Assembly: GCA_013265495.1 (NCBI GenBank)
Contig: MU057887.1
Coordinates: 507,985 to 571,984, forward strand
DNA: 64,000 nt
Origin: Vicugna vicugna
Lineage: Eukaryota
Direction: 5' to 3'
Positions 12,207 through 23,460 of this stretch are shown here, piece by piece (within the stretch, counting starts at the first letter, position 1; every line of letters starts with the position of its first letter). The notes below the pieces were generated by a model. The model was not told the DNA's origin. It worked only from the letters and a program-made list of their open reading frames with translations, and did not search any database. A program made the translations under genes and the position numbers.

Positions 12207-13019
12207 AAAGATTCCAATTCCAGTGTCAACTGTAGCTCCTCCTTTCTCCATCCTCTCTCCTTCACGTACCCTGCTAACGGAATCATTCATTCAAGAAACA
12301 TTTTAAAGCAGTAACTGTATCAGATACTGTGCTAGACACTACTAATACAAAGACAACAGCAGCAGTGATAAAAACAAAGAGTAGTGTTTAATGAGAGGTT
12401 ACTATATGCCAGATACTGTTACAAATGCTTTCACTTGAATTAACTCACTGAAGTTATCTGACTCTCTGAAGTTGGTAATACTACTATCCCTATTTAACAG
12501 ACAAGGAGACCAAGGCACAGAGAGTTAAGTATCTTGCCCAAGGCCACCCACTTAGGGAGTGGTGGAGCCAGGCATGACACACTCGGGCAAGAGCCAAAGA
12601 ATCCCAGCTCTTAGCCACTCACCATGCTGCTTGCACGAGTGATTAAGAACAAATCCTTCAATTTTTTCTGCTGCAGGAGGCAGACATACAGGCTAGGTAC
12701 AAATGGGACACTTCTTCACTTGGCTCCAGAACACCACACTACTCTGGCTTTCCTCTCCCTCACTGGCTGTTCCCTTAGTAATTCCTTTTCATCCCTCCAA
12801 CTTGCTTACATCGCCTAGGGTCTCTTCTCTTTTCCATCTACATTCATTCCTTTGGTGTTCTTACCCAGTCATATGACTTTAAGTACCATGTGTATACTGA
12901 CAATCCCAAAATTTTTACTTCCAGCCTGGACCTCTCCTGTGAACTCCTAACTTGTATATTCAGCTGTCTACTCCATGCCTCCAGTTGGATGTCACAGGCA
13001 TCTCACACTTAATACCCAG

Positions 13020-15660
13020 GACACATAATGGATAAGCTACTAGAAGTAATAAGAGGAGTTAGCAAAGTCATCAGATGTTATAGGTCAATCTAAAATTTGA
13101 TACCATTTTTTTCTATACCCATAGCAGGCAACTGGGAAAATATCATAAAAATAGATACTAGTCATGAGTCTAACTGTAAAATATCTAGAAGTTAACTTAA
13201 GAACACACAGGCTCTCTATCGGGAAAATGTTAAAATTCTAATGAAGGACATAGATGATTAGAATAAATGAAGGCATATTCTATGTTCTTAGATGAAAGGA
13301 CTTAATATTTTGAAGATGTTCTCTCCAAACAAATCTATAAATCCAGTGCAATCTCAGTAAGAGTTCTAGTTGGATTTTAATGAGAAACTCAATAAACAGT
13401 GATAGGCAAAATTCTTTAGAATGAAAATATATTGAAGTCCAAGCAGACTTCAGAATATGGAATATGACAGGGATGAAGAGGGGCATTTTATAGTGGTAAA
13501 GGGATTAATTCAGCAATAAGATATAATGATCCCAAATAAGTATGCACCTAATCACAAGGCCTTCAAATACATAAACTATAAACCGACGGAACTGGAAGAA
13601 GAAAATGACAGACCCAAAGGTATCCTTAGAAACTCCAACACTGCTCTCTTAGTGACTGCTAGTGCAACTAGACAGAGAATCAGTAAGTACACAGAAGATC
13701 TGAGAACACTAATCAACTTGACTTAATCCTCACTCAGAAAACACTCCACCCACAAATGCATATTTGTTTCAAGTTCACATGGAACTTTTACTAAGATAGA
13801 ATACATGTCAGGTCATCAAATAAGCCTCAGTCAATTTAAAAGAATTTAAATAATGCAAAATATATTCCTTACTATAATGGAATTAAAATAAAAACCAGTA
13901 ATAGAAAGATATCTAAGTTCCCCACCCCAACAACAGCAACTGTTAAATTAAATAAAACTTCTAAACACCCCACAGGTCATAGAAAGAAATCACAAGGGAT
14001 ATTAGAAAATATTTTGAATGGAGTGAAAATGAAATACAACATACCAGAAGCAGTGGGAAGCAGTTTAAGGAGTATTAGAGGGAAATATACAGCTTAAATG
14101 CTTATATTAGAAAAAAAGAAAAGTACGAAACACATAGAGCAAGCTTCCATCTTAAAAAGCAAGAAAAAGAGTAAATTAATTAAACCCAAAATAAGTAGAA
14201 GGAAGGAAATAATAGAGTCGAGAAAAGAAGGCAATAACAGAAACATAAATCATAGGGAAAATCAGTGAAGCCAAGAGCTGGTCTTAGAAAGGATCAATAA
14301 AACTGACACACGTCTAGCTACACATCAGGAATAAAAGAGAAAGGACAAATCAGCAACATCAGAAATGAAAGAGAGTACAGAGCCCACAGGAACTGAAAAG
14401 GATAAAAAAGGGAGTATTAATAACTTAATAAATTTGGTAACTCATATGAAATACACAAAAATTCCTTCCAATATACAAACTACGACAGCTCACTCAGGAA
14501 AAAACATATCCTGAATGGCCCTGTATCTAATAAGGAAACTGAGCTTATAATTAAAAAGCTTCCCACAAAGAAATGTTGGTGCCCCAGTGGCTTCACTGGC
14601 AAAACTTGCCAAACTTTTAGGAAATAAATAATATAGTTTCACAAAAACACTTCCAGAAAAAAAGAGGAGAGAATAATTCTGGATGCATTTTATGAGTCTG
14701 ACATTACCCTGATACAAAAACGTGACAAAGACATCAAAAGAAAACCATAGACCAATACTCTCATGAATGTAGATGCAAAAATCCTTAAAATCTTAGTAAA
14801 TCAATCCAAAATATTTGACAAGGATATTACAACATGACCCACTGGGGTTCATCCTAGGTATGCTAACATTCTAAAATCACAATGTAATTAACCATATTAA
14901 TGAGCACCCCCCTACTAAAAAAACCCAACCATACAATTATTCCAATAGCAGAAACAGTACTTTGACAAAATTCAATACTCATTCATGATAAAAAATTTTC
15001 AACAAACTAGAAATAGAAGGCAACTTCCTCAATCTGCTAAAGGGCATCCTAATGTTAACATCATACTTAACTCTGAAAGACTTAATGCTTTGCCCCTAGA
15101 ACTAGGAATAGGGCAGAATGTCCACTCTTACCACTTTTATTCAACACTATACTAGAGGTCCCAGTTAGTGCAATAAGACAAGGAAAAAAAGGTATTCTAA
15201 TTGGAAAAAAATAAAATTTTTTATTCACTGACAACATGATGATCTAGTAAAACATCCTAAGGAATCTACAAAAGAAGCTACTAGAACTAGTAAGTTTAGC
15301 AAGGCTATAGGATGCAAGGTCAAAACATCAATTTTATTTCAATATACTACCAACAATAAATTCGAAATTGCTAATTAAAACAATTCCATTTATAATAGCA
15401 TAAAGAAATGAAATGCTTAGGAATAAACTGAAAAAGTATGTACAGTATCTGTAGACTGAAACCAAAAGAACATTAAAAAGAGAAATTAAGGAAGACCTTA
15501 AAAGTCGACATAGACACCATGTTCATGGATTAGCACTGTTAAGATGACAATTCTTCCCAAATTGATCTATAGATTCAACATAACTTCAGTCAAAATCCCA
15601 GCAGACTTTCTTACAGTAATTGAAAAGCTGATCCTGAAATGTACACAGAAATGCTGAGGA
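13020..15660 (+). mobile_element. Degraded LINE-1 ORF2 fragments (endonuclease to RT), probably two pieces
   Basis: A-rich L1 ORF2 motifs: 'YAPN' endonuclease segment near 13540, 'agaccaatactctcatgaatgtagatgcaaaaatcctt' and 'tgacaaaattcaatactcattcatgataaaa'; many frameshifts. Confidence 0.85.
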
Positions 15661-15899
15661 CCTACAACAGGCAGGGGCTTGACCTTCCTGGTTCACTGTG
15701 GTGTCCTCAGGGCCTAGAAAGTGCCTGGCTCGTGGGAGGCTTACAGGATAGGTACTGAATACATTAATGAACTATGACAGAATTATACAGAATAAAAGAA
15801 AATGGGCCAAACTGTTGACTGTTTTTATTTCCGGACAATGGAATAACGACTGATTTTTTAAAAAAGTCTTCACTCCAAGAGGCACTTACTACTTCTGAA

Positions 15900-17980
15900 T
15901 TTAAAATTTTCATTTGAATAGGTAATACATGAATATGGTACAAAATTCAAAAAGTGTGAGAATATACAAAAAGTAAAATATGTCTTTCCCTTCCCCTCTG
16001 CCTCCCCAGAGGAAACAACTCTTACAGTTTCTATATATATGTATTTTCCCCTAGATTGTCATTTGTCTTCTCATTTTCTTCATCATGATTTTGCCATGCA
16101 AAATATTTAAAACAATTTCTATACATCTGCATTTTACCAATTTTTTCTTTTATGGCTTCTGGGGTTTGTCATACTGAAAGACCTTCCCTAATCTGAGGTT
16201 ATTTTTAAAATTCTCTTATGACTTATTCTAGTATTTTTATGTCTTCATTTAAATTATATTAAAATATTTGACTCAACTGCAATCAATCTGAGTCTAAGGA
16301 ATGAGATAGGGATCCAAGTAGGTTTTTTCCAGGATGCTAACACATGCATCTCAACTGAGTTATTGAAAAGTGGGTTTTTTCCCCCACAGATATGAAATGC
16401 CTTTTTATATTAGATCAAATTTCCTTTATAGATCTGAGTACATTCCTAGACTCTATTTCTGAGCCATACCTTAAGATTTTAATTACGGTAGCTTTATATA
16501 CTATGTTTTAAAATCTGGTAGCTCTAGTCTTTTCTCATTACCTTTTTCAGATTTTTCTTAACTAGTTTTGAATGTGAACTCTGGAATCAGCTTAACTAGC
16601 TTAAAAAAATCTTGTCCATACCTGTATTGAGATGATATGTAAATTACATATTAAATTAGGGAGAACCAAATTCTTTACACATTGAGTCTTCATATGAAAG
16701 ACCTAGTATGCCTTTCTTTTTTATTCACATTTCTGTATACATCTCTCCGTCTTACTTAAAGGTCTCTTTATATATTGTTTTCACACCTAGTAAGTTTATT
16801 TCTCAGTACTAAGTATTTATCTTTTTCTTGTCTAATATAATTTTCACCTAATATGTTGTCTTCCTGGCAGCTTATGTATAGAAAGGCTATACATTTTCAA
16901 TCAATTCTATATTAATTTTAATTAAAATTTCATATTAATGTTTGTATTAATATTACTCAATTTTCTTCTTTGTTTTCCTTTGTTCTCTAGTAATTTCTAA
17001 ATATGTAACATATAATCTGCATATAATCATAACATATAATCTAACATACATAACATATAATAGTGATAACTTTACCTCTTCTTTTCCAAATTTTTATACT
17101 TTAATTTCTTGCTTAACTGTATATTGACTGGTATATCCAGAAAAATGTTAGTTACAGTGGTGATACTGAATATTCTGAATTTACTAGGAAACTTCTATCG
17201 AGTTACTCCATGAAGACATGTTAACTTAGAATGAGATTTATTTTGTCATATCACAGGTATCTAACTACTTCTATTAAAAAAAATTTAAATTAAGAATGGA
17301 TGCTGCATTTTGTCAAGTGCATTTTTCACCATCTATAGTTGATCAAATGATTTTTCTCCCTTAACTATTAATATGGTAGCAACATATATATGTAAATAAT
17401 ATTTATAGCAATAATGATTGCTACTGAACCGTCTTTTCATTTCTGGCATGAAGCCCACTAGATAATGTTTTGCTGGTGTTGTACTGCTTGTTTCTACATT
17501 ACCTTGTTTTATTTGGTTATTTATAGGTAGAACCGATTTATAGTTTCTTACTATATGTGTATGTGCCCTTTTGGATTTTGGCATCAATATCACATTCATT
17601 TCATAAAAAGATGTTTTTCTTCTCCTTCTATACTATAAAGCAGTTTAAATACCAAACATTCGTTCGAACATTAAACACTGACATTACATGAGCCTCTAAT
17701 GTTTGCTGGGATGATTCGTCTGTGAAACCACATGTGCCTGGTGAATCTGAGGGAATGGGGAGGAAGCTTTTTAACTTTCTTTTCCCAAGGTAACTGACCT
17801 CCTTAAATTTCTTCTATCTTGTCTGGGGTAATTTTGAGTATTTATTATTTATTGAAAATTATCAATTTTATCCACATATATGGCTATTTGTAGAGAACTC
17901 AGTAAATTTTAATAACCACTGTGAGTGCAGTTATGTTCCCATTCTCTTATTTTATATATTTATGTTTTCTTTCTTTAAAA
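15900..17980 (-). mobile_element. Ancient LINE-1 (L1M-type) remnants
   Basis: T-rich reverse-strand L1 motifs such as 'gaatggatgctgcattttgtcaagtgcattttt' and 'tgtgaaaccacatgtgcctgg'; highly diverged. Confidence 0.65.
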
Positions 17981-18070
17981 AATTGTGAAATAAAAGAATT
18001 AGACCACTTGGTAAGAATAGGAATGTTTACTAGCTATTTCTTGATGAGTTGAAATAAAGACTACCTCAGG

Positions 18071-18192
18071 GTGGGAGGGTATACAGCTCAGTGGTAGAGT
18101 ACATGCCTACCATGCACAAGGCCCTGGGTTCAATCCCTAGTACTTCCATTAAAAAAATTGAAAATAATAAAGCATTTTTTAAAATTATTTAA
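18071..18192 (+). mobile_element. tRNA-derived SINE (Vic-1-like) with 15-bp TSD
   Basis: A box 'agctcagtggtagag', B box 'gggttcaatccc' and A-rich tail; TSD aaagactacctcagg (18056-18070) / aaagactacctgagg (18193-18207). Confidence 0.88.
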
Positions 18193-18286
18193 AAAGACTA
18201 CCTGAGGCATAATTCCTTTAAACTATGAAATAACAGTTACATTTATATACATGTAATTGCTTACCAACATCTGTTAATAAAAATAC

Positions 18287-18393
18287 CTTTTTTGATCGAT
18301 TTCTTGCTGCTGTTTAATGTGTTTGTTCTCAAATTCACGAATATTTTCTACACCAATTTCTTCACAGAAATGTTGAAAAATATCATCTTCAAC
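18287..18393 (-). CDS. SMC1B: SMC1B exon 15 (107 nt): VEDDIFQHFCEEIGVENIREFENKHIKQQQEIDQK(R)
   Basis: TTTAAAAG acceptor; the AG|GTATTT donor gives the phase exon 16 requires. Confidence 0.93.
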
Positions 18394-18789
18394 CTTTTAA
18401 ATTATTTCAAAACAAGTGGTTTAATAATTAATTTTAAGACAGTAAGTATATATATAGACAATACTTAAATCTAAGTTTTTCCCACCAAGATTTTCCCGGA
18501 CTGGGCCAGAGAGTGAGCCCGACAAGCCTGGTCACTGTAATCCGGGGGGTCAGCGCCTTCTCCTTCTTTAACTTCATAAACAGTGCTTATCTATTTTCAA
18601 ATTTCTTATTCTAAAAACTATGCAACAAAGCCTACAAGTGGCCTTTTAAATATTCTGGCTTTATCAAGTGTTTAATACAAAATCAGAAGTACTGCATTTA
18701 TATTAGCCACACCAAAATACAACGTTCTACATAAACAAATAAAATACTCTCTCTATGTGAGTAATACTATAGTCAGGTAGTATAAAACC

Positions 18790-19390
18790 AAGAGGACTAA
18801 AGAATAGAATTAAGACTCAAAAAGATTTGGAAAAATTAGAATGGGCCAAATCCAACAAAACAACATTTAACATTTTTAAAGCCCTGAATTTATGCACAAT
18901 TATAAGAGAGACCTGTTTTAACAACAGGACATGATAAAAACTTTCAGATTTCAGTTGAATATAAATTAAATATGAATGTGATAAGATTGATGCATTAGTA
19001 AGCTATAATTTATAGAAGCAGATAATCCAAACCATGGAAAGTTATAGTTGGGTGTTCAGAGTCCCATGGTACTCTGTACTGGTCATACAATATTTTTACA
19101 TTATTTTTTCCTCTAGGCATTGACAAACAATAGTGTATCCGGCGGCTGGTTACTAGGACTGGTCTTAAATCCATGGTAAATGTAAATAAATAAGGAATTA
19201 GGGGTGTTTAATCTGGAAAAGAGACAATTAAGGAGCAACATAAGCATGGTTTCAAATTATATAGTAAAAGGCAGAACTAAAAGGAATGGGTGGAAGTTAC
19301 TAAGTGATGGTGTGACAAACAACTTTTTAAGGATTAGAGATAAACAACAGTGGAATGAATTAAACCACAAAATTCCTGTCACTTAATAAG
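18790..19390 (+). mobile_element. L3/CR1 LINE remnant
   Basis: 'agaatgggccaaatccaacaaaac..atttaac' and 'ggggtgtttaatctggaaaagagacaattaagg' resemble CR1/L3 ORF2 3' motifs. Confidence 0.55.
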
Positions 19391-19706
19391 CAGAGGGTAG
19401 AAGATCAAATCTGTTGCCCCAGAGCCAAGCAGCTGTGCCCAGCATGTAATAAATGTTCAAAAAAAAATCACTGAGTGAACACACAACCTTAAAAGATGAC
19501 ACAAATGGCAAAGTTCTTTCCTTCCTGGTGTTAAGGGCAGTGAGAGAAAGAAAGCGGCTGAAATTTGTACAATGGACAAGGAGAGGCTGGAGAGCAGAAG
19601 AGAGTGAACTATGCCCTAGTCACTGTCTCTTGAGATGGGCAATAGCAGTTCTCAAGAAACGCAAGGAAATGAATTAGGCAAACCAATAAAACTTAGCACT
19701 TATCAG

Positions 19707-19801
19707 CAACGTGCTATACACCAGAACTTGACAGAACATTGTAAACTGACTATACTTCAATAAAATATATATATATATATAATAAAAAAATATATATATA
19801 T
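19707..19801 (+). mobile_element. Severely 5'-truncated young LINE-1 3' end with (AT)n tail and perfect 18-bp TSD
   Basis: 'tgctatacaccagaa.ttgaca.aacattgtaaactgactatacttcaataaaa' L1 terminus; TSD aaacttagcacttatcag at 19689-19706 and 19802-19819. Confidence 0.85.
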
Positions 19802-19917
19802 AAACTTAGCACTTATCAGACTTTGCTTTAGCACATTTTTGAAGAAGTCCTTAATCTGGTGTCTGGTCTAGAACTATATTCTACATGCCATTTAGTAATA
19901 AATGTATCATTCAAAAC

Positions 19918-20034
19918 CTTATCTATCTTTCCTTGAAATTCTTCAATTCTTTTTTGCCGTTCTTTGATTCCTTCACTCAACATAGTACATTGAGACTCTA
20001 TATTCAGCAGTTCACTTTGTAGCTGAGATTGTTC
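19918..20034 (-). CDS. SMC1B: SMC1B exon 14 (117 nt): EQSQLQSELLNIESQCTMLSEGIKERQKRIEEFQGKIDK
   Basis: Poly-T tract + TAATCAG acceptor; weak AAG|GTTTTG donor; 39 open codons. Confidence 0.94.
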
Positions 20035-20337
20035 CTGATTACAAAAGAGAAAAAAAAAGTCTTTTTAGTACGGCTATTTTGGCTTTGTATTGTGAAGCCA
20101 AACACAGGACAGTTATCTTTCAGAATAAAAAGGGAATCCATGAGATAAGGTAAATGGGGCAGGTACGACTGGATAACAACATTAACAACCAGGAAAATAA
20201 AGTAACCTAAAGGACTGTAATATCTCAATCACAGGAAAAAGTGTAAAAATCACACGGTGCTATCTATATACAGGTAATCCCTGAAATTCTACGTCCCAGT
20301 TCCAATCTCCATCAGATTTTACGCAAGCCTGTGTTAC

Positions 20338-20475
20338 CCGGAAGAAAGCGGCCAGGCGCTTCTTTTTGATTATTTCCAGTTCGCTCTGAGAATACTTGAG
20401 TCGAGTTTGAGTCCCTTGCACTAGAGTCCGTAATTGTTTCAAGTCGGCTTCCTTGCGAAGTGCCTTCATTAAATT
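20338..20475 (-). CDS. SMC1B: SMC1B exon 13 (138 nt): NLMKALRKEADLKQLRTLVQGTQTRLKYSQSELEIIKKKRLAAFFR
   Basis: CCTTTTTAG acceptor; CGG|GTAACA donor. Confidence 0.95.
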
Positions 20476-22864
20476 CTAAAAAGGAAGGGAAATACGATAA
20501 CACTTCATAATGGAAAAACCTTCACTTTTCAGAGTGCTTTCATACATTCTAGCTCACTGATTTTTACATGTAACCACACCCACACTCCATCTTCCCTTCT
20601 TCTGAAAAAACATTGGGCAATTAAGTACAGAAGCCATCTGGGGTAACTAAGACGCCATGCAGCATCCTCAAAAAACTAACTCCCTAACAGGAACCAGGCA
20701 AGAAAATGAGGAGTGGGGAGTGCCTGTTCCACCCAAGGCACACACGTGGCATAGAGGAGACCACATGATACGTGTTGCCTTGCTCTGCACACATCCTCGT
20801 CTTGCCTCGTCCATTTCCTTCTCCCTTCACCTACCCTATGACTCAACCAAATTAACTCCCTAGTATACGTTCTGTATTTTTACCCCAAGTCCTTATATGA
20901 AAACATATGTACACATATTCGCCCATATATGTTGTTTTTTAGTCTTGTTTTACAAATTTAGAATCATGTTAAACATGCTTTTCTCAGTTACTCACAAAAG
21001 TCAACTGATAAAACCCTAAATTCATTCTTTTAGTGACTGCATATTATTCCACAGTGTGACTATACCAAAATTATTCAACTCTTCTCTCAATGATGGGCAT
21101 TCACTGTGCTTCCAGGCTTTTGCCTCTACAGTAATCGCAATAACATACTTGTTTGTATACCCTTAAGTATTCGTGTTTTTATTCCCATGCCATAGATGCT
21201 CCAGGGTGAGATCAATAGATCAAAGGTATTCATGTTTTTATTATGCTAGTTGGTACCAACTGCCTTCCCAAAGGCTACAAATATGACTGTGTGTTTCTGT
21301 ACAACTCCACCAGCATACATATTTTTCCCATCTTACTTACAGATTTGAAGTAATCTTAATTTAATTTGTGTTCCCCTAAGTTTTATATTCTATATTGAGC
21401 ACTTTTTTTTGTTTACTAGCCATATGGATTTCTTCATTCGGTGAACTAGGCTAATCCTACCCTTTGCCCAGATGTTTCTATCATGTCTTTTTCATGTCAG
21501 TGTATAGAGTTCTTTGATAGTACAGGATCTACAGTTTTCATTTTAAACCTTTTTTAAAAAATTATACAATGGCTTTTATCCTCATTTAAAAATTTTTTAT
21601 TTCAAAATTTAACATACCTGGAATTTATTTGTATGCCATTATATGGGGCACAAAATTACTTTTCCCTAGATGTGCTAATACCATTTACTAAATAATCTAT
21701 CCATGTCCCACCAAACTAAAACAACATATTAGTTGTATATTGTCAAATATACTGGGCCTATTTCTGAAATTCCTATTCTTTTTCATAGATTAATGCCAAT
21801 ACTACATCAGCTTGGTTACAGTGGCTTTTCATAGTATTCTATATGCTGGCTAGAGAAGTTGTAACTCACTCTCTTTAACACTTATTTTTTTTTTTTACTA
21901 GTCTCAGGAAACTCTTCACTTGCAGGAATTAGAAGATCATTTTTTTTGATCCTTGGTAGTATTTTAATTAAATTTGCATTCAAGCTACATTAATCGGAGG
22001 ACTTCTAACCCAAGAATATCATGTCTTTTCTTTCAGTTGTTTTATCCTTCAGAAATAATTACTGTGCCTTTATACTTATTCCTATACTTTCCCTTTTTAG
22101 ATGCTTTTTGGTAGCAGAGAAAAACTAGAGTTTTATTTACGTAGCGTTCTCATTACCTTATTAAATCTAATAGTTTCTAAACTACGGTCTTATCAGCCTA
22201 AAGCTACTTTTTCTTTTTGAAAACGTATACAAATTATCTCGTTTTGTGCCTACTGTATTTAATACAACTTCCAAGACCATGTTAAATTTCGGCAACAGCA
22301 GATATCTGTCCTACTTCCTGATTTTAATTAAAATAGTTAAATTTTAATGCTTCACCATTTAAGCAGTTATTTCAGTCAGTTTTGGGTAAGAGCTATATTT
22401 TATTTTACTTAAGTAATTTCCACCAATTACTCTTTTACTCAGAACTTTAGAACCAGCAGCTGAACTTTCTCAAATGCCTTTCTACGTAAGATCATGCTAT
22501 TGTCTCCTGCCTGTAATTTGTTAATATAATGGGCTATGTTGACTGATCACTTAATACTGAAACACCCATATATTCTTGGAACAAATCCTACTCAGCAGAC
22601 GTATTGTTTTTTTTTTTTTTGCTACACTGCTGAATTCTCTATACTGATATTTAATTTAGAAATTACACATTTATGCTCACAAAGGAAATCAGTATTTAGT
22701 TTTATTTTTGTAGTATTTTTATAATATTTGATATTAAAGTTATACTACCTTTATAAAATAAACTAAGAAGGTTTCTACTTTTTCTATGATCTAGAATGGC
22801 TAACCCAACACTAGAATTATATTAGAACTGAACTGTAAACCCATCTGGTCCCAGTCTTCTTCTT

Positions 22865-23460
22865 TTTTAACTGTGACAAAATACACATAAAGTAAAACTT
22901 ACCATCTTTACAATTTAAGGGTACAGTTCAATAGTGTTAAGCACATTCACACTGCTGTGCAACCAACTTCCAGAACTCTTTCCCTCTTCCAAAACTGAAA
23001 CTATACCCATGAAATAACTCCCCATTCCCTGATTCCTCCAGAGCCTGGCAACCATCCTTCTCTTCTGTCTCTATGAATTTGACTACTCTTGGGTCCTCAT
23101 ATAAGTAGAATATACAGTATGTCTTCTGTGACTGGCTTATTTCATGGAGCATAATAGCTTCAAGGTTCATCCATTTTTGTCCATGTGTTAGAACTTCCTC
23201 CCTTTTTAAGGCTAAATAATATTCCATTGTATGTATAGACAAAATTCTGTTTATCCATTCATCCACTAATGAATACTTGGGTGGCTTCTACTTTTTGGCT
23301 ATTGTTAATAATGCTGCTATGAGTATTCTTTCAGATCCCGCTTTCAATTCCTTGGGGTATATACCCAGAAGTAGAATTGCTGGATCATATGATAATTCTG
23401 TTTAATTTCTTGAGTAGCCACCACACTGTTTTCCACAGTTGCTGCACTATTTTACATTAC
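22865..23460 (-). mobile_element. LINE-1 3' end (L1MB-like), nested in an older L1; sense to SMC1B
   Basis: ORF 22937..23266 'MDEWINR..IHTMEYYLALKR...WMNLEAIMLHEISQSQK' is the L1 ORF2 C-terminus; typical 3' UTR 'aagggtacagttcaatagtgttaag'. Confidence 0.88.

Noticed and set aside
18071..18150. tRNA-like A/B boxes (also at ~40080-40155 and 56266-56345)
   Set aside because: Flanked by TSDs with A-rich tails and no proper acceptor stem; SINEs, not tRNA genes.
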